From an uncultured Planctomycetota bacterium (GTDB lineage Bacteria; Planctomycetota; Planctomycetia; Isosphaerales; Isosphaeraceae), in NCBI GenBank assembly GCA_963845755.1, contig CAWJTV010000019.1, forward strand, positions 192,001 to 256,000: a stretch of DNA of 64,000 bases, read 5' to 3'. This document shows positions 45,605 to 57,130 of this stretch, one piece after another (position 1 is the stretch's first letter; each line of letters opens with the position of its first letter). The notes under the pieces were generated by a model that saw nothing but the letters and a program-made list of their open reading frames with translations, was not told the origin of the DNA and did no database searches. The position numbers and the translations under genes were made by a program.

Positions 45605-46683
45605 CCCCGCACCTCGAACGGTACCTCGCGGACACCCTGCATGGCCTCGTCGCTGTAACTGACCATGACATGGCGATCGTCGCGCTTGTCGATGCGGGAC
45701 AGTCCGAGAGTGCCCTCCTTGCCGGCGTAGACGTCCAGAGCGGAACGGATGATGTCGTCGTTATGCGTGGTTCCGAAGACCTGGACCTGATGCTTCTCGA
45801 CTAGCTCATCCAGGAGCTTCCACAAGGTGGGCATCACCTTGTGGTGCAGGCCGTTGTCGATCTCATCGATCAGGAGCACACCATTTCTCGAGGCGATCAA
45901 CTCCAGGATGATCGAGAACAGGCGAACCATCCCCTCGCCGCAAACCGCGAGCGGCACGAGTGCGTCAAGGCCGATGTCCAGGTAGATCGACGGGCCACTC
46001 GGCTCGGAGAGGACCTCGATTCTCTGAACGTTTGGATCAATAATTTGTAAAGCCTTTAGAATATTTTGATCATACTTGTTCTTGAGTAAGGAGCTGAACT
46101 GCTGGGCATCACGAACCGGGCTGGGAAAGACTCGAGCGGATAGGAGTGTGGTTCGTATCAAATCGTCTCTGTATTGGTGACCCTTTACCTCGACGTTTCC
46201 AGTTTCAGGGTCGAGAAGTGCCATTGCGCCCGTCTGAATGGCGTTCCCGGCTCCTCGGTAACCGAATCCCAGCCTATTGATGGTCGTGTCTTGAGTCGCA
46301 ACGGCAACGCCTCCCTCGTTACCGAACGATAAGCCTGATGAAGAGGAGGCAAGTGACACCTCGTGGGCTTGAATCTCCAAAGTCCTGTCGCGTGGTTCTT
46401 CCTGCCAGCGCCCAGAGATTTGCACGGGCACTGTCGCGTTCAGGTTGCGGAACAACGGTCTCCAGATCGTATCGGGATAACCTCTTCCCGACCGCTGCCC
46501 GCGCAACTGCCCGAGCGTTGTGGGAAGCAGAGGGTCGGTCGCTCCACCCAGGAGTAGAAGGGCCTCGAGAAACGTGGTCTTCCCCGAATTATTCCGGCCG
46601 AGAATCAAGTTGATGCGGCGGAGCCCTTCCGCTTCGAGCGATTCGATCCCGCGGAAGTTCTTGATCGAGACCTTGGAGTACAT
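45601..46683 (-). CDS. ABC-type (AAA_15/AAA_21) ATPase
   Basis: IKNFRGI; GRNNSGKTT; CGEG signature; LLIDEIDNGLH; TTHN. Confidence 0.92.
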   Translation of the reverse strand: MYSKVSIKNFRGIESLEAEGLRRINLILGRNNSGKTTFLEALLLLGGATDPLLPTTLGQLRGQRSGRGYPDTIWRPLFRNLNATVPVQISGRWQEEPRDRTLEIQAHEVSLASSSSGLSFGNEGGVAVATQDTTINRLGFGYRGAGNAIQTGAMALLDPETGNVEVKGHQYRDDLIRTTLLSARVFPSPVRDAQQFSSLLKNKYDQNILKALQIIDPNVQRIEVLSEPSGPSIYLDIGLDALVPLAVCGEGMVRLFSIILELIASRNGVLLIDEIDNGLHHKVMPTLWKLLDELVEKHQVQVFGTTHNDDIIRSALDVYAGKEGTLGLSRIDKRDDRHVMVSYSDEAMQGVREVPFEVRG

Positions 46684-46917
46684 GGCCCGCCTCCTCTAAG
46701 TTCGGAAGACCGATCGAGACCGGGAGGTCGCTGCACTCCATCCCGATACCGTCCTGGCCGAGTTCCCTGCCCAGGTTGTGACACGTGAGGGATTCTCGAC
46801 GTCCCCTCATTGTATCAGATCCCGGCTAGCCGCCGCCGCCGCGTCGCCACACGGGCGCCTCGTAGGCCGAGTCCGGCCCTCCCTATATGGGGTTTTGTCG
46901 ATTGCGCCGGCCAGAAA

Positions 46918-46960
46918 GTAGGTCAGCCTTTCCAGCCTGACGACGGCTCCTGTCAGGCCG
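46918..46960. repeat. GTAG-type REP (degenerate doublet)
   Basis: GTAGGTCAGCCTTTCCAGCCTGAC...GTCAGGC. Confidence 0.65.
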
Positions 46961-47012
46961 ACTCGCGCTTGGCACGATCGGGAGATGTCATTTCATCAGA
47001 AAGCTTTTGTCG

Positions 47013-48212
47013 TCAGGCGCGAAAGAGCGGCAGCCTCTCGAAATCTCCGCCCACTGCCGTCCTGGCAGGCAGGTCGAGCCAATCCTCGAGGACGCTCGCA
47101 TAGATCCGGCGGAAGTCGATCACGGTCTTGAGGTCGCCGTGCTTCGGGTCCGGGTCGAGCAGGCTCGGCGTCGCCCCCACGAGACCACCCTTGACGCTCG
47201 CACCGGCGAGAAAGACAGGGCCGGACGTGCCGTGGTCGGTGCCAGCCGAGCCGTTCTCCTTGACGGTCCGGCCGAACTCGCTGAAGAACAATACCACGAC
47301 ACGGTCCGCCAGCCTGGCCGCGGCCAGGTCGTCGAGAAACGCCTTCAGGGCGCCGGACAGTTCGAGAAGGAGGTTGCTGTGCGCGAAGAGCTGGGCCGAG
47401 TGGGTATCGTAGCCCGACTGAAGCGTATAGAAGACACGCGTGTCCTGGCCGCCCTTCAGGAGCTGGGCGATGAGCCGCAGTCGTGAGGCCAGGCCACTCT
47501 GCGGATAACGAGCCTCATCCTTGTGAGGGGCCAATTGCTGCGTGCGATCGGCCGCGCTGTAGGCGTCCAGCATGCTCCGCTGGACGAACGCCGCCGTGTC
47601 ATCGCCTGGTCGCATCGTTCGGAGAACCTTGCGCGGGTCGGAGCCCGCGTCCAGAGTGAGGTCCTCGATCCGCGCGATGGACGTGGCGATGGAGCGTCAA
47701 CCGCGGATCGCCACCGACGGTGGGTCCGCGCCGACCTGCACCAGGGAGGCCGTCCCTCCGGCCTCATCGAGGGCGCGGCCGAGCCACCCCGCTCCCTTGT
47801 GCTCCTCCGGGTCGAGCCGGGCCGTATGCCAGGTCGCCATGCTCTGGAAATGCGATCGGTTCGGGTTGGGATAGCTGACGCCCTGGGCGATGACCAGTTG
47901 CCCGGCCTCCAGCAGCTTGCCGAATCCCTGAAGCGACGGATGGAGGCCGATGTGGTCGTTGACTTTGATCAGACGGTCCCTGGCGAGCCGGAGCGTCTTG
48001 CGATGCTTGGCGTAGCCCTCGTCGGCGAAGGGGACGACGGTGTTGATGCCGTCGTTGCCGCCGTTCAATTCCACGACCACCAGCACCCGGTCGTCGCGCC
48101 GCGGTGCCGCGGCACGGGCCGTGCGGGCGAGGAAGCCGGGGACCGTCGGAGCCAGCGCAATCAGGGAGGAGCTGCTCAAGGTCGCTCCCAGGAAACCGCG
48201 ACGCGTAGACAT
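47013..48212 (-). CDS. DUF1501 family protein; frameshift near 47700
   Basis: TRRGFL (Tat-like); LVVVELNGGNDGINTVVP; PNRSHF; GYDTH; FSEFGR; GTDHG. Confidence 0.92.
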
Positions 48213-48240
48213 GGGAACCTCCGGGATAGCCGCGATTCTT

Positions 48241-48528
48241 TCACCACAGAAACCGCAAAGCGATAAGGAAAAGGAACGGATCGATTCACCACAGAGTCAC
48301 GGAGAACACCGAGAAAACCAAGACGCGTTGTGATGTCGAGAGCGCACAGGTATAGTTCACTCTCGGTGAATCTGACAAAACATTAATGTTAAATATATAT
48401 AATTTTATTATTATATAAAAATTATCAAACTTAAAAAAATCAAGGGAAATGTCTCTGTGATCTCTGTGGCTCTGTGGTGAATCTGTATTGATCCCTTGCG
48501 GCTCCGCAGCGCCGGGGCTTTGCGGTGA
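48241..48528. repeat. Inverted 9-bp-period repeat arms around an AT-rich core
   Basis: GATTCACCACAGAG-TCACGGAGA-ACACCGAGA (48283-48314) versus TCTCTGTGA-TCTCTGTGG-CTCTGTGGTGAATC (48452-48483). Confidence 0.85.
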
Positions 48529-48615
48529 GGAATCGGTATGGAGCGGTTAACGGATGCGTCGGGTAGGCCCCAGGACCGATGCCCAAGCACCTTCGTCCCG
48601 AAGTGCCCGATCGGT

Positions 48616-50015
48616 TCAAGCCAGTTGGGCCTCGGGGCAGGTCAATATCAGGGCGATGGCATGGCGGGCAGCGTCGGGGCCCCACGACTCATCCGAGCCA
48701 GTAGCGTCGGCGATCCGAGCATGCCAGTCGCGGCCCGGCTCGGAGCCGAAGAGCAGCTCGGCGATGAAGTCGATGTACTCATCACGGCCTCGGCCCCGGT
48801 CGTGGCGACTGGCCAGGGCGAGGGGATCCCACGGTGACGGACGGCCAACCCCGTGACCGCCGACGAGTCCCGTCGCGTAGTTGGCCCGACCGATCAGGCC
48901 GCGCGTCGTCAGCCAGGACCGGCCACCCGTCCAGCCGCCCACGTTGGGCGGGAAGAACAGGTCCTGACCGAGCCGCGTACACCACTCGGCGAGCGTCAGC
49001 GTGCTGCACGGCGGCTCGAATAACTCCAGGGCGCGGGCCGCCCCGATGACGTACTCCACCGGGCTAAGCACGCGGTCTCCGACGTTCGCGTCGGCGAAGA
49101 AGACTTGCGATCGCAGGACCGTCTCGACCGCCCAGCCGATGTCGAGGTTGCGCGCCCGCAGGCCGTCCGCCAGGGCATCGAGATCGGCGGCTTTCATCGC
49201 CGTCTCGCTCAGGAATAGCTCGCCGATCCGCCAGGCCAGGCGGCGCGACGTCGCCGGGTGCTCCAGCACCATTCGGACCACGTCATCTCCCTTCCAGCGC
49301 CCGGTCTTCCCCAGGATGGTCTTCTCGCCGTCATCGTGGCGAGCGGCAGTCTCGGCGAAGACCTCGTTCTCGATCCTCCAGCCGGTGAGGGCCCGCGCCG
49401 CTTCCTTGACGTCGTGCTCGGTGTAATGGCCGATTCCCAGGCTGAAAAGCTCCATCAGCTCGCGCGCAGGTTCTCGTTCGGGTGGCCCTTCCGGTTGCTC
49501 GTGGCGTCGAGCCACATCAGCATCGCCGGGTCGTGGAGGACGGCTTCGAGCAACTCCCCGAAAGGCCGACGGGCGCGTTGGCGGAACAGCACGTTCTGCC
49601 GATACATGAACGCCAGGCTGCCGACCTTGAAGTTGCTGGTGGCGAAGTGGTTGTGCCACATCAGTGCCAGCCGCTCGGTCAGCGGGTCGGGGCCGAACAG
49701 CATGCGGTAGAGCCACCATGCCTTGAGCCGTGCCGGATCGCTCGAGGTCGCGGCCGACTCGCCCAACACGTCCGCGGTCTTCTCGAACTCCGAAGGCACG
49801 CCGACGGTCGCTGCGGTGCCCGACAGCACACGATCAAGGCTGACCTCAGGGCCGGCCTTCAGGTCACGCTGGATCTCGCCCCGGGTGGCCGCGAAGCCGG
49901 CACGGCGGTGCAGGAGGACGACGCGCCGCAGGTTCCAGGGGGCTTCGTCGCATGGGACATAAGGCGCCCACGGGCCCGCGGATCGTCCGCTCTTGGTGTC
50001 CGGCGGCGGTTTCAT
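48616..50015 (-). CDS. DUF1800 family protein; frameshift near 49465
   Basis: RRAGF; LTERLALMWHNHFATS; DPAMLMWLD; PNEN-ARELMELFSLG; PPNVGGW. Confidence 0.92.
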
Positions 50016-50159
50016 CGGTCACTCGCTTTCGATCTCAAACCCCGCGACGAACGGGGTGTCCGTAGGATGCTCTATGAGCACCGTTGCCAATCCCGCCGAA
50101 CTCGGCATCACTCTTGGAACTCCGGTGCTCACAGAGCACCCTACAGAATTCTCATTCCA

Positions 50160-53010
50160 TCACTCACTACCAGTCTTCACGTCACCTAGGGCCTTCGTCT
50201 CGCCCCAACGGAGACCCTCGCCCAGGGACAGAAGGCTCTTTCCGTCGTACAGGGAGAACTGGTAATCGGGCAATAAACCCGCGATACGGAACCGACCCTG
50301 CTCATCCGTCTTGTCAGGCTGTGGGGGGAAATACGTGTAGTCCATCGGCTGGGCGAGTTCCTTGTAGTCACGCCAGACGACCAGTTTCACGCCGGGTCGC
50401 GGTCGTCCGTCCGCATCGACCAGCCGGCCCGCGATCGTGGCGCCGGGCCGCAGTTGCACGGTGATCGATTCGCTCCGGTTCTTCGGAAGGTGTGCCACTC
50501 CCACCAGTCCCTTCTGCGGGTGCTGGAACATCAGGGGCCGCGGATGATGCGGGTTGAACCCGCTGACCGTGAACTCGGCCGTCTTCATCGGCTTGAGATC
50601 ACGCGCGAAGTCGCCGCGGGCGGTCAGTCCGATGCCCCACGCCCCGGCCATCGGCTTGCCGTCCGGCCCGAGCACCGTTCCCGTAAAGGTCCAGCCCGGG
50701 TCGAGCGTCAGGTCACGCGTCGCCGATTCCACACCCTGGGCCGGGTCGATCCGGGCGATCGCGGTGTAGTTCATCGTGGGTAGAGGCATCGTCGGGACGA
50801 AGATTTCCTTGATCGCGTACTCGTCATCGCGTTCGTGAGCTCGGAGGTAACCGTCCACGAACCGGACCGCGACCATGCCGGGTCCCGGCATGCCAGCGAC
50901 GCGGTATGATCCGTCCTCATTCGTGGTCCTGGGCGTGTCATTGGGGAAATAGCCGTAGGCACTCTGATTGGGGTTATCGGGCTGGGCGTGATAGCGGATC
51001 TCACCCACCACAGGCTTACCGGTCACCTTGTCGGTCAGCTTGCCCTCGATCCAGATGCCGCACTTCAGCTCGAAATCGGCCGTGACCGGCTCCAGGCCGG
51101 GAGTATCCGGCACGTCCCGGAAAGTCACGAGGTATGGCTGGTCGTTACCCGGGACGATCTTGATCTGGTTTCCCTCCCCTTTGGGCATGCCCACAAGCCG
51201 GTATTGTCCCTGGGCGTCGGTCGTGGTCCGAACCATCTCGTTCCCACCGATCAGTTCATTGGCCAGTTTCTGGCTGGTGATCGTGAGCCCGGCCAGCGGC
51301 TTCTTCGTGTCCCTGTCGCGGACCACGCCGACGATCGGCTTGGTCGGGGCCGCCGCATGCCGGAAGGTGGCGCCGTAGTAGGTCGCGGTCAGGGTCGGTT
51401 GGGACGGCATCTCGAACCGGACCACGGTCAGGGCCTCGACCGAACGTGTCAGGATACTGAGCTGCTGGCTGGCGATGGTCGGACCGTCGAGTTGCACCAC
51501 GACGAGGCGATTCCGCCCGATGCCTGTCAGTCGGAAACGACCCTCGGCATCAGCGGTGAACTTCGGAGCCGGAGCGATCGTGAGCCGAGGGAGGTACTGC
51601 ATCTCAAGTTGATCGCTCAGTCCTTTCCTGGCCTTGGCGGCTTCGAGCCATGGGCCGAGGTCGTCTCCGGCCGCGGCGCGGACCCTCAGCACCTGGAGCG
51701 TCGCGCCCGGGACCGCCTTCCCTTCGAGGTCGACGACCTGGCCGATGATCGGCTGGTCCTCGACCAGTTGGAGCGTCAGGTCGTCGCTCCGGCCTTTCGG
51801 CGGGACCTCGACCCAGCCGAGCCCGTAGTTCGCCGCGGTGGCCGCGACGACGGTCGGTTGATGGAACTGGCCTGCCTTCACCACGTACTCGAACTCGAAG
51901 CGGCCGTCCGGTCCGCTCGTTGCAGATCCGGGTTCCGAAAACGGCTCGCTGCCGTACAGCGGAGTCCGGTAGATCTTCGCATCGGCGACGGGTCGCCCGT
52001 CCGGCCCGAGCACTCGGCCGTGTACGGTGATCTTTCTGGGTGCCTCGCGCAAATTCGATTCGGCCCGCGGCGCGACCGTCTCAGCTCTTCGCCGAGGAGG
52101 ATCCGAGCTCGCGACCGTCTTCTTCGCGGGCTCCTCACTGAGGGAGACCAGCGCAGCCGACGCCCCCCACGCGATCAGTCCTCCAGCCAGGAGAGCGGCT
52201 GACGCCAATGTAAGTTTCTTGAACAACATGATTCCGAGCACCTCCCGAGTCAATTCCTGGGCCGCCGCCGAGACGACCCCGACGGTTAACGAGCGATCGA
52301 CCGTGGCCAGCGCCGCCCGGACGGCCGCCTGGCTCCAGGCCGGCGGTACGGCGATGCCAGCCCCACCGAGGACCGCCGATCCCAGGACCCCGCCCTCCGG
52401 CGCCAGTCCCCGGCGGATCAGTCGAGTCTTGAGCCGCGCAGCGTCCTTCGCTCAGTCGGCGCTGGAGCGTGCGCTCACTCCATCGCAACTCCGCGGCGGC
52501 CCGATTCTGAGGAACGCCCTGAAGCTCGCAGAGGATCACCGCCCGGCGGAGCTTCTCGGGCAGCCGAGCGATCTCTTCGTGGAGTGCTTGCAACGGCTCG
52601 TCGGGGGCCGACGGCCCAGGCGTTGACGTGATCGCCGCCATTTGTCCCGCCCGCCTTTCGCATGCCCGCCGCCGGGCGGCGGCGGCGTTGGCCCGGATCG
52701 CCACGCGGTGGGCCACCTGATAGAGCCAGGGCCCCAGGGCCTCGTGCCTGCGGAGAGTCCCCGATTTCTTCACGAGGATGAGGAACGTGGCCTGGAAGGC
52801 GTCCTCGGCGTCGTTCCAATCCTTCAAGATGCCCCGGCAGACGCTCAGGACCATCGGTCCATGATGCGCCACCAGGGCCTCGAATGCCGCGGCGTCGTGC
52901 CCGGAGACGAAGCGCTCGAGCAGTTGCGCATCGGAGAATCCCGTGATGGTCCCATCCGCCCAGAGGCGGCTGATCTGCCTCACTGCGGCGCCTAGCGTCT
53001 CGATGGCCGT
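50160..53010 (-). CDS. ECF sigma-70 factor with TM segment and long C-terminal carboxypeptidase-regulatory-like repeats; frameshift near 52450
   Basis: SDAQLLERF...HGPMVLSVCR...DAEDAFQATFLIL...LHEEIARLPEKLR; then GRVLGPDGRPV-type repeats. Confidence 0.88.
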
Positions 53011-53173
53011 GTCTCCTGATCGCCTCCCGCCCTTGTCTCAATAACCTAAGAGACCCGAGCGACGACGCAGCCGCCACTTTTTTTTCTGAAGGGCCAAGTT
53101 GGCTGGCGTCCTCTCGTCTGGACGCTCGGGGATCGTCAGGCCACAATGGGACGATCCCGGGCCAATCTTTGAA

Positions 53174-53295
53174 CAGTAGGTAGTAGGCAGTGGGATGCAG
53201 GCAGTGGGCAACGGCGGTGGGCAGTGGGCAGTCAACAGAAGCATCGAAGTTTGTATTCTATTTGCTACCGACTACCGACTGCCTACCGCCTACTG
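53174..53295. repeat. Inverted pair of heptamer arrays (CAGTAGG/CAGTGGG versus CTGCCTA/CTACCGA)
   Basis: Left arm 53174-53232, right arm 53264-53295. Confidence 0.8.
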
Positions 53296-53313
53296 AAGAA
53301 GGAGTCTCTCTCG

Positions 53314-56300
53314 ATGTTGCAACGCATTCCGATGTTCCGGTCGATCGCCATCTCGGTGGTGTTGGGGATGGCCGGGATCTGTCCCGGGCTCGCCTCGGCC
53401 CAGGTCAGCGCCGAGAAGTCGGCCCAGCGGCTCAAGCCGGCCCCGGGGCTGGAGGCGACACTCTGGGCGTCGGAGCCCATGCTGAGCAACCCCACCAATA
53501 TGGATATCGACTCCCGAGGCCGGGTCTGGATCGCCGAGGGGCTGAACTACCGGCTCACCCGCGGCGGCAACCGCCGCTTCAAGCGCATCGAGGAAGCCGA
53601 TCGAATCAAGATCCTCGAAGACACCGACGGCGACGGCAAGGCCGACAAGGTCACCGTGTTCGCCGATCGGATCTTCCCCGTCCCGATGGGCATTGCCGTC
53701 GAAGAGCATCACGACCAGTCGGGCAAGTACACCGGCTGCCGCGTCTTCATCGGCAATAGCCCGGATCTCCTGGTCCTCGAGGACACCGACGGTGACGACA
53801 AGGCCGACAAGCGGTACCCGCTGCTGACCGGCTTCGGTGGGGTTGACTCCGACCATGGTGTGCATGGCATGACCCTCGGCATCGACGGCAAACTCTACTT
53901 CACCCACGGCGACGGCTGCTGCTCGGTCCAGCACGACCACTCCGAGCGGCCCCAGAACTTCGACGTCATCGACAAAAGCGGCCGGCACGTCTGGACCGAC
54001 CAACTGGCCAACACCTTGCGAGTCAACCGCGACGGCACCGAGTTCGAGATCATCTGCGACCGCCAGCGGAACAACTACGAGACCTGCGTCAACTCGTTCG
54101 GCAACATCTTCACCAGCGACAACGACGACGACGGCAATCGCGGCTGCCGGGTGATCTGGGCGATGGACGGCGGCCATTACGGCTACCGGACGCCGGGCAG
54201 CCCGCGGCACTGGGGCGAGGAGGTGCCGGGCAACGTCCCCAAGATCGTCGGCACGGGTAACGGCAGCCCCTGCGGCATCATGGTCTATGAGGGCGAACTT
54301 CTGCCCGCTGAATACCGAGGCGCGGTCCTCGAAGTCGACGCCGGCACCCGACAGGTCAATTTCTTCCCGATCACCCGACAGGGCGCCGCATTCCGGACCG
54401 ATTACAAGGTCTTCCTGGGTGGCGATGATCCGTGGTTCCGGCCCGTCGATGCCTGCACCGCACCCGATGGCTCGGTGTTCGTCGCCGACTGGTACGACGC
54501 GGGCGTCGGCGGCCACGCCTTCAGCGATCAGACGACCGGGCGGATCTACCGCGTCGCGAGCGAGGGGCACAAGAGCACCAGGCCCAAGCCCGATTTCGGC
54601 ACGTTCGACGGGCTGGTCGCCGCGCTGAAGTCGCCGAATGTCACTACGATGGATGCGGCCCGGAATGTACTCTTGCATCGGGCGGTATACCTCAACCACC
54701 GTCCGGACCAATCGTTTCGCCGGATTCAAGAAGTGATGAACGTCCTGACGAAGCTGGCGGCGCCGGGGAATCGGGACATCGACCGCGCCCGGGCCTACTG
54801 GACGATCCAGGCCATCGTCGAACAGGCCCCCATCAAGAATCCCCTGTCACGAGACCTCATCAAGTCTCCGGACGGACGCCTCCGCGAAATGGCTGTCCGC
54901 ATGCTCGGCCGCGACTGCCGCGAGAATGGCCACGTCGAATATCAGAAGGTCGAGGCCAAGCACGCGCCGGCCGCGATGAAGCATCTCGACACGCTCCTGT
55001 CAATGACCGACGATCCGGACGCGGGCGTCCGCCGCGAGCTGATCCTCGCGTTCCGCAACTTGCCAACCGACACGGTCGGCGACGCCTTGAGCAAGCTAGC
55101 CGCATCGTGGGACGGCCAGGACCGCTGGTATCTCGAGACCCTCGGCCTGGCCCTGGAGAAGCGCGACGGCGCCTTCCTGTCGAGGCTCCTCGACGGCACG
55201 CTCTACGGAGACCTCGACCTGGCGCAATCCGGCCGAAACGGCAAGGTCGCGCTGCCGCCGTATTTCCCGGTCGACCGGAATGAGGCCTACCTTCCCATCG
55301 GTTCGCCGGACCTGCCGGCCACGGCGTTGAGCAAGTATCTCGGGCTGGCCTGGCGGCTTCATACGCGAGAGGTTCTGCCGTTGCTGGAGCGGATCCTCCC
55401 GTCCCTGCGCGCCCCGAGCTTCAACAAGCGGCCGACGACATCCTGGATAGGATCACGGCACCCGAGGCTGCGGACCTGGTCGCCGGACTTGCCTCCCAAA
55501 CCAACGACCTGGCCCGCAAGCTGGGATTGTCCGCGATGCTGGTACGCCGGCTCCCGGGCGACTGGAACGCGGCACGGACCCGGCCGCGGGTCGTGAACCT
55601 GATCGCCCAGGAGTTGAAGGACCCGGCGACGCGGCTTCAGGGGATCACGCTGGCTGCCGCGACCCGCGACGGCCGCTATCGCACGACCCTCGAGAAAATG
55701 GCCCAGGAGACCAGCGCACCGATCGAGGCCCGCGTCGCGGCCATCGAGGCGGTCGGCTCGTTCGACATCACGCCCAACCGGGTCCCGGAGCAACTGATCG
55801 CCGCGGTCCGAGGCAAGGCGAGCTCCGACCCGGTGGCCGAGGCGGCCGTTCGCGCCATGGCCGGGCAATCTGGCGCGCGGGGCCGGCTGACCGACCTGGT
55901 TACCGCGCGCGACTACCCCCTGGGCCTGCGTCGCGAGGCCCTGCACGCCATCGCGCAACTCAGGGACGGCGGCTCGCACATCATCGAGCTGGCCCGCGCC
56001 GGCAGACTGCCCGACGACCTGAAGACCGAGGCTACGACCGCCTTGTACGCCTCGCCCGACCGGCGGGTTCGCGAGGCGGCGGCCAAGGTCCTGCCGTTGC
56101 CCAAGATCGCCGGTGGCCACACCCTGCCGTCGATGGGCGAGTTGATGCGCGGCGATGGCGATGCCGGTCGCGGCCGCGAGGTCTTCTTCCGCGCCGGTGC
56201 CAACTCCTGCGGGGGATGTCACCGGGTTCAGGGACGTGGCCAGTGGGTCGGACCCGACCTCTCGACGATCGGCGTCAAGTACGGTCGCGATGAGTTGATC

Positions 56301-57047
56301 CACTCCGTCCTCAACCCGAGCACCGCGATCGGCTACAACTTCCGATCCGTCGTGGCGGCCACGGCCGACGGTCGCGTCATCACCGGCCTGCTCGTCGAGG
56401 AGACCGCCGACCGGCTCGTGCTCAAGACCGCGACCGGCGAACGGATCTCACTCCCGACCGGATCGATCGAGGATCGCCGGACCAGCGACGTCTCGCTCAT
56501 GCCCGAGGGACTGGCCCAATCGCTGACCGAACGCGAGCTCGTCAACCTGCTCGTCTATCTGACGACCCTGAAGCAGCCTGTGAGTATCGTCGGCCAGTAT
56601 CACGTGGTCGGCCCATTCGCCCGGAATGGCGACGCGCCCCGGATCGACCCGGCGTCGGCGGTCGACCTCGACGCGACGATCGACGACGGAGGAGGCCGCA
56701 AGCTCTCCTGGCGCCGGATCACGGCGAATGCCGAGGGTCGGGTGGATCTTGCCTCCCTGGCGTCTGCCGATGCGAATTCTGGGGTGACCCTCTACGCCTA
56801 CACGCCGATCCTCTCGCCGACGGCCCAGAAGGCCACGCTCGTCCTCGACACCCCGGCGGAGGTCGCCGTGTGGCTCAACGGCAAACCCGTCGCGCTCTCG
56901 ACCGGCGAGGCCAAAGGCGAGCCGCGGACCGCGTTCGTTGATCTGCCCCAGGGCCCCGGTTCGCTCCTGATCCGCATGACCCCCGAAGGGCCGGCCCCAC
57001 TGGTCACGACGTTCGTGGCCGACCAGCCGGTCGGATTTGCCAAATAA
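53314..57047 (+). CDS. PVC-type heme-binding CxxCH protein (beta-propeller, HEAT repeats, cytochrome c); frameshift near 55420
   Basis: Signal peptide; DTDGDGKAD; FRPVD...PDGSVFVADWY; GREVF...CGGCH...VGPDL; SLMPEGL; AAGGAG RBS. Confidence 0.9.
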
Positions 57048-57055
57048 GTAAGAAC

Positions 57056-57113
57056 GCAGGTCAGGCTTTCCAGCCTGACGCGCCTTTTTGTCAGGCTGGA
57101 AAGCCCGACCTAC
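57056..57113. repeat. GTAG-type REP doublet
   Basis: GCAGGTCAGGCTTTCCAGCCTGAC...GTCAGGCTGGAAAGCCCGACCTAC. Confidence 0.85.
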
Positions 57114-57130
57114 ATGTGAAAACCACCCCC

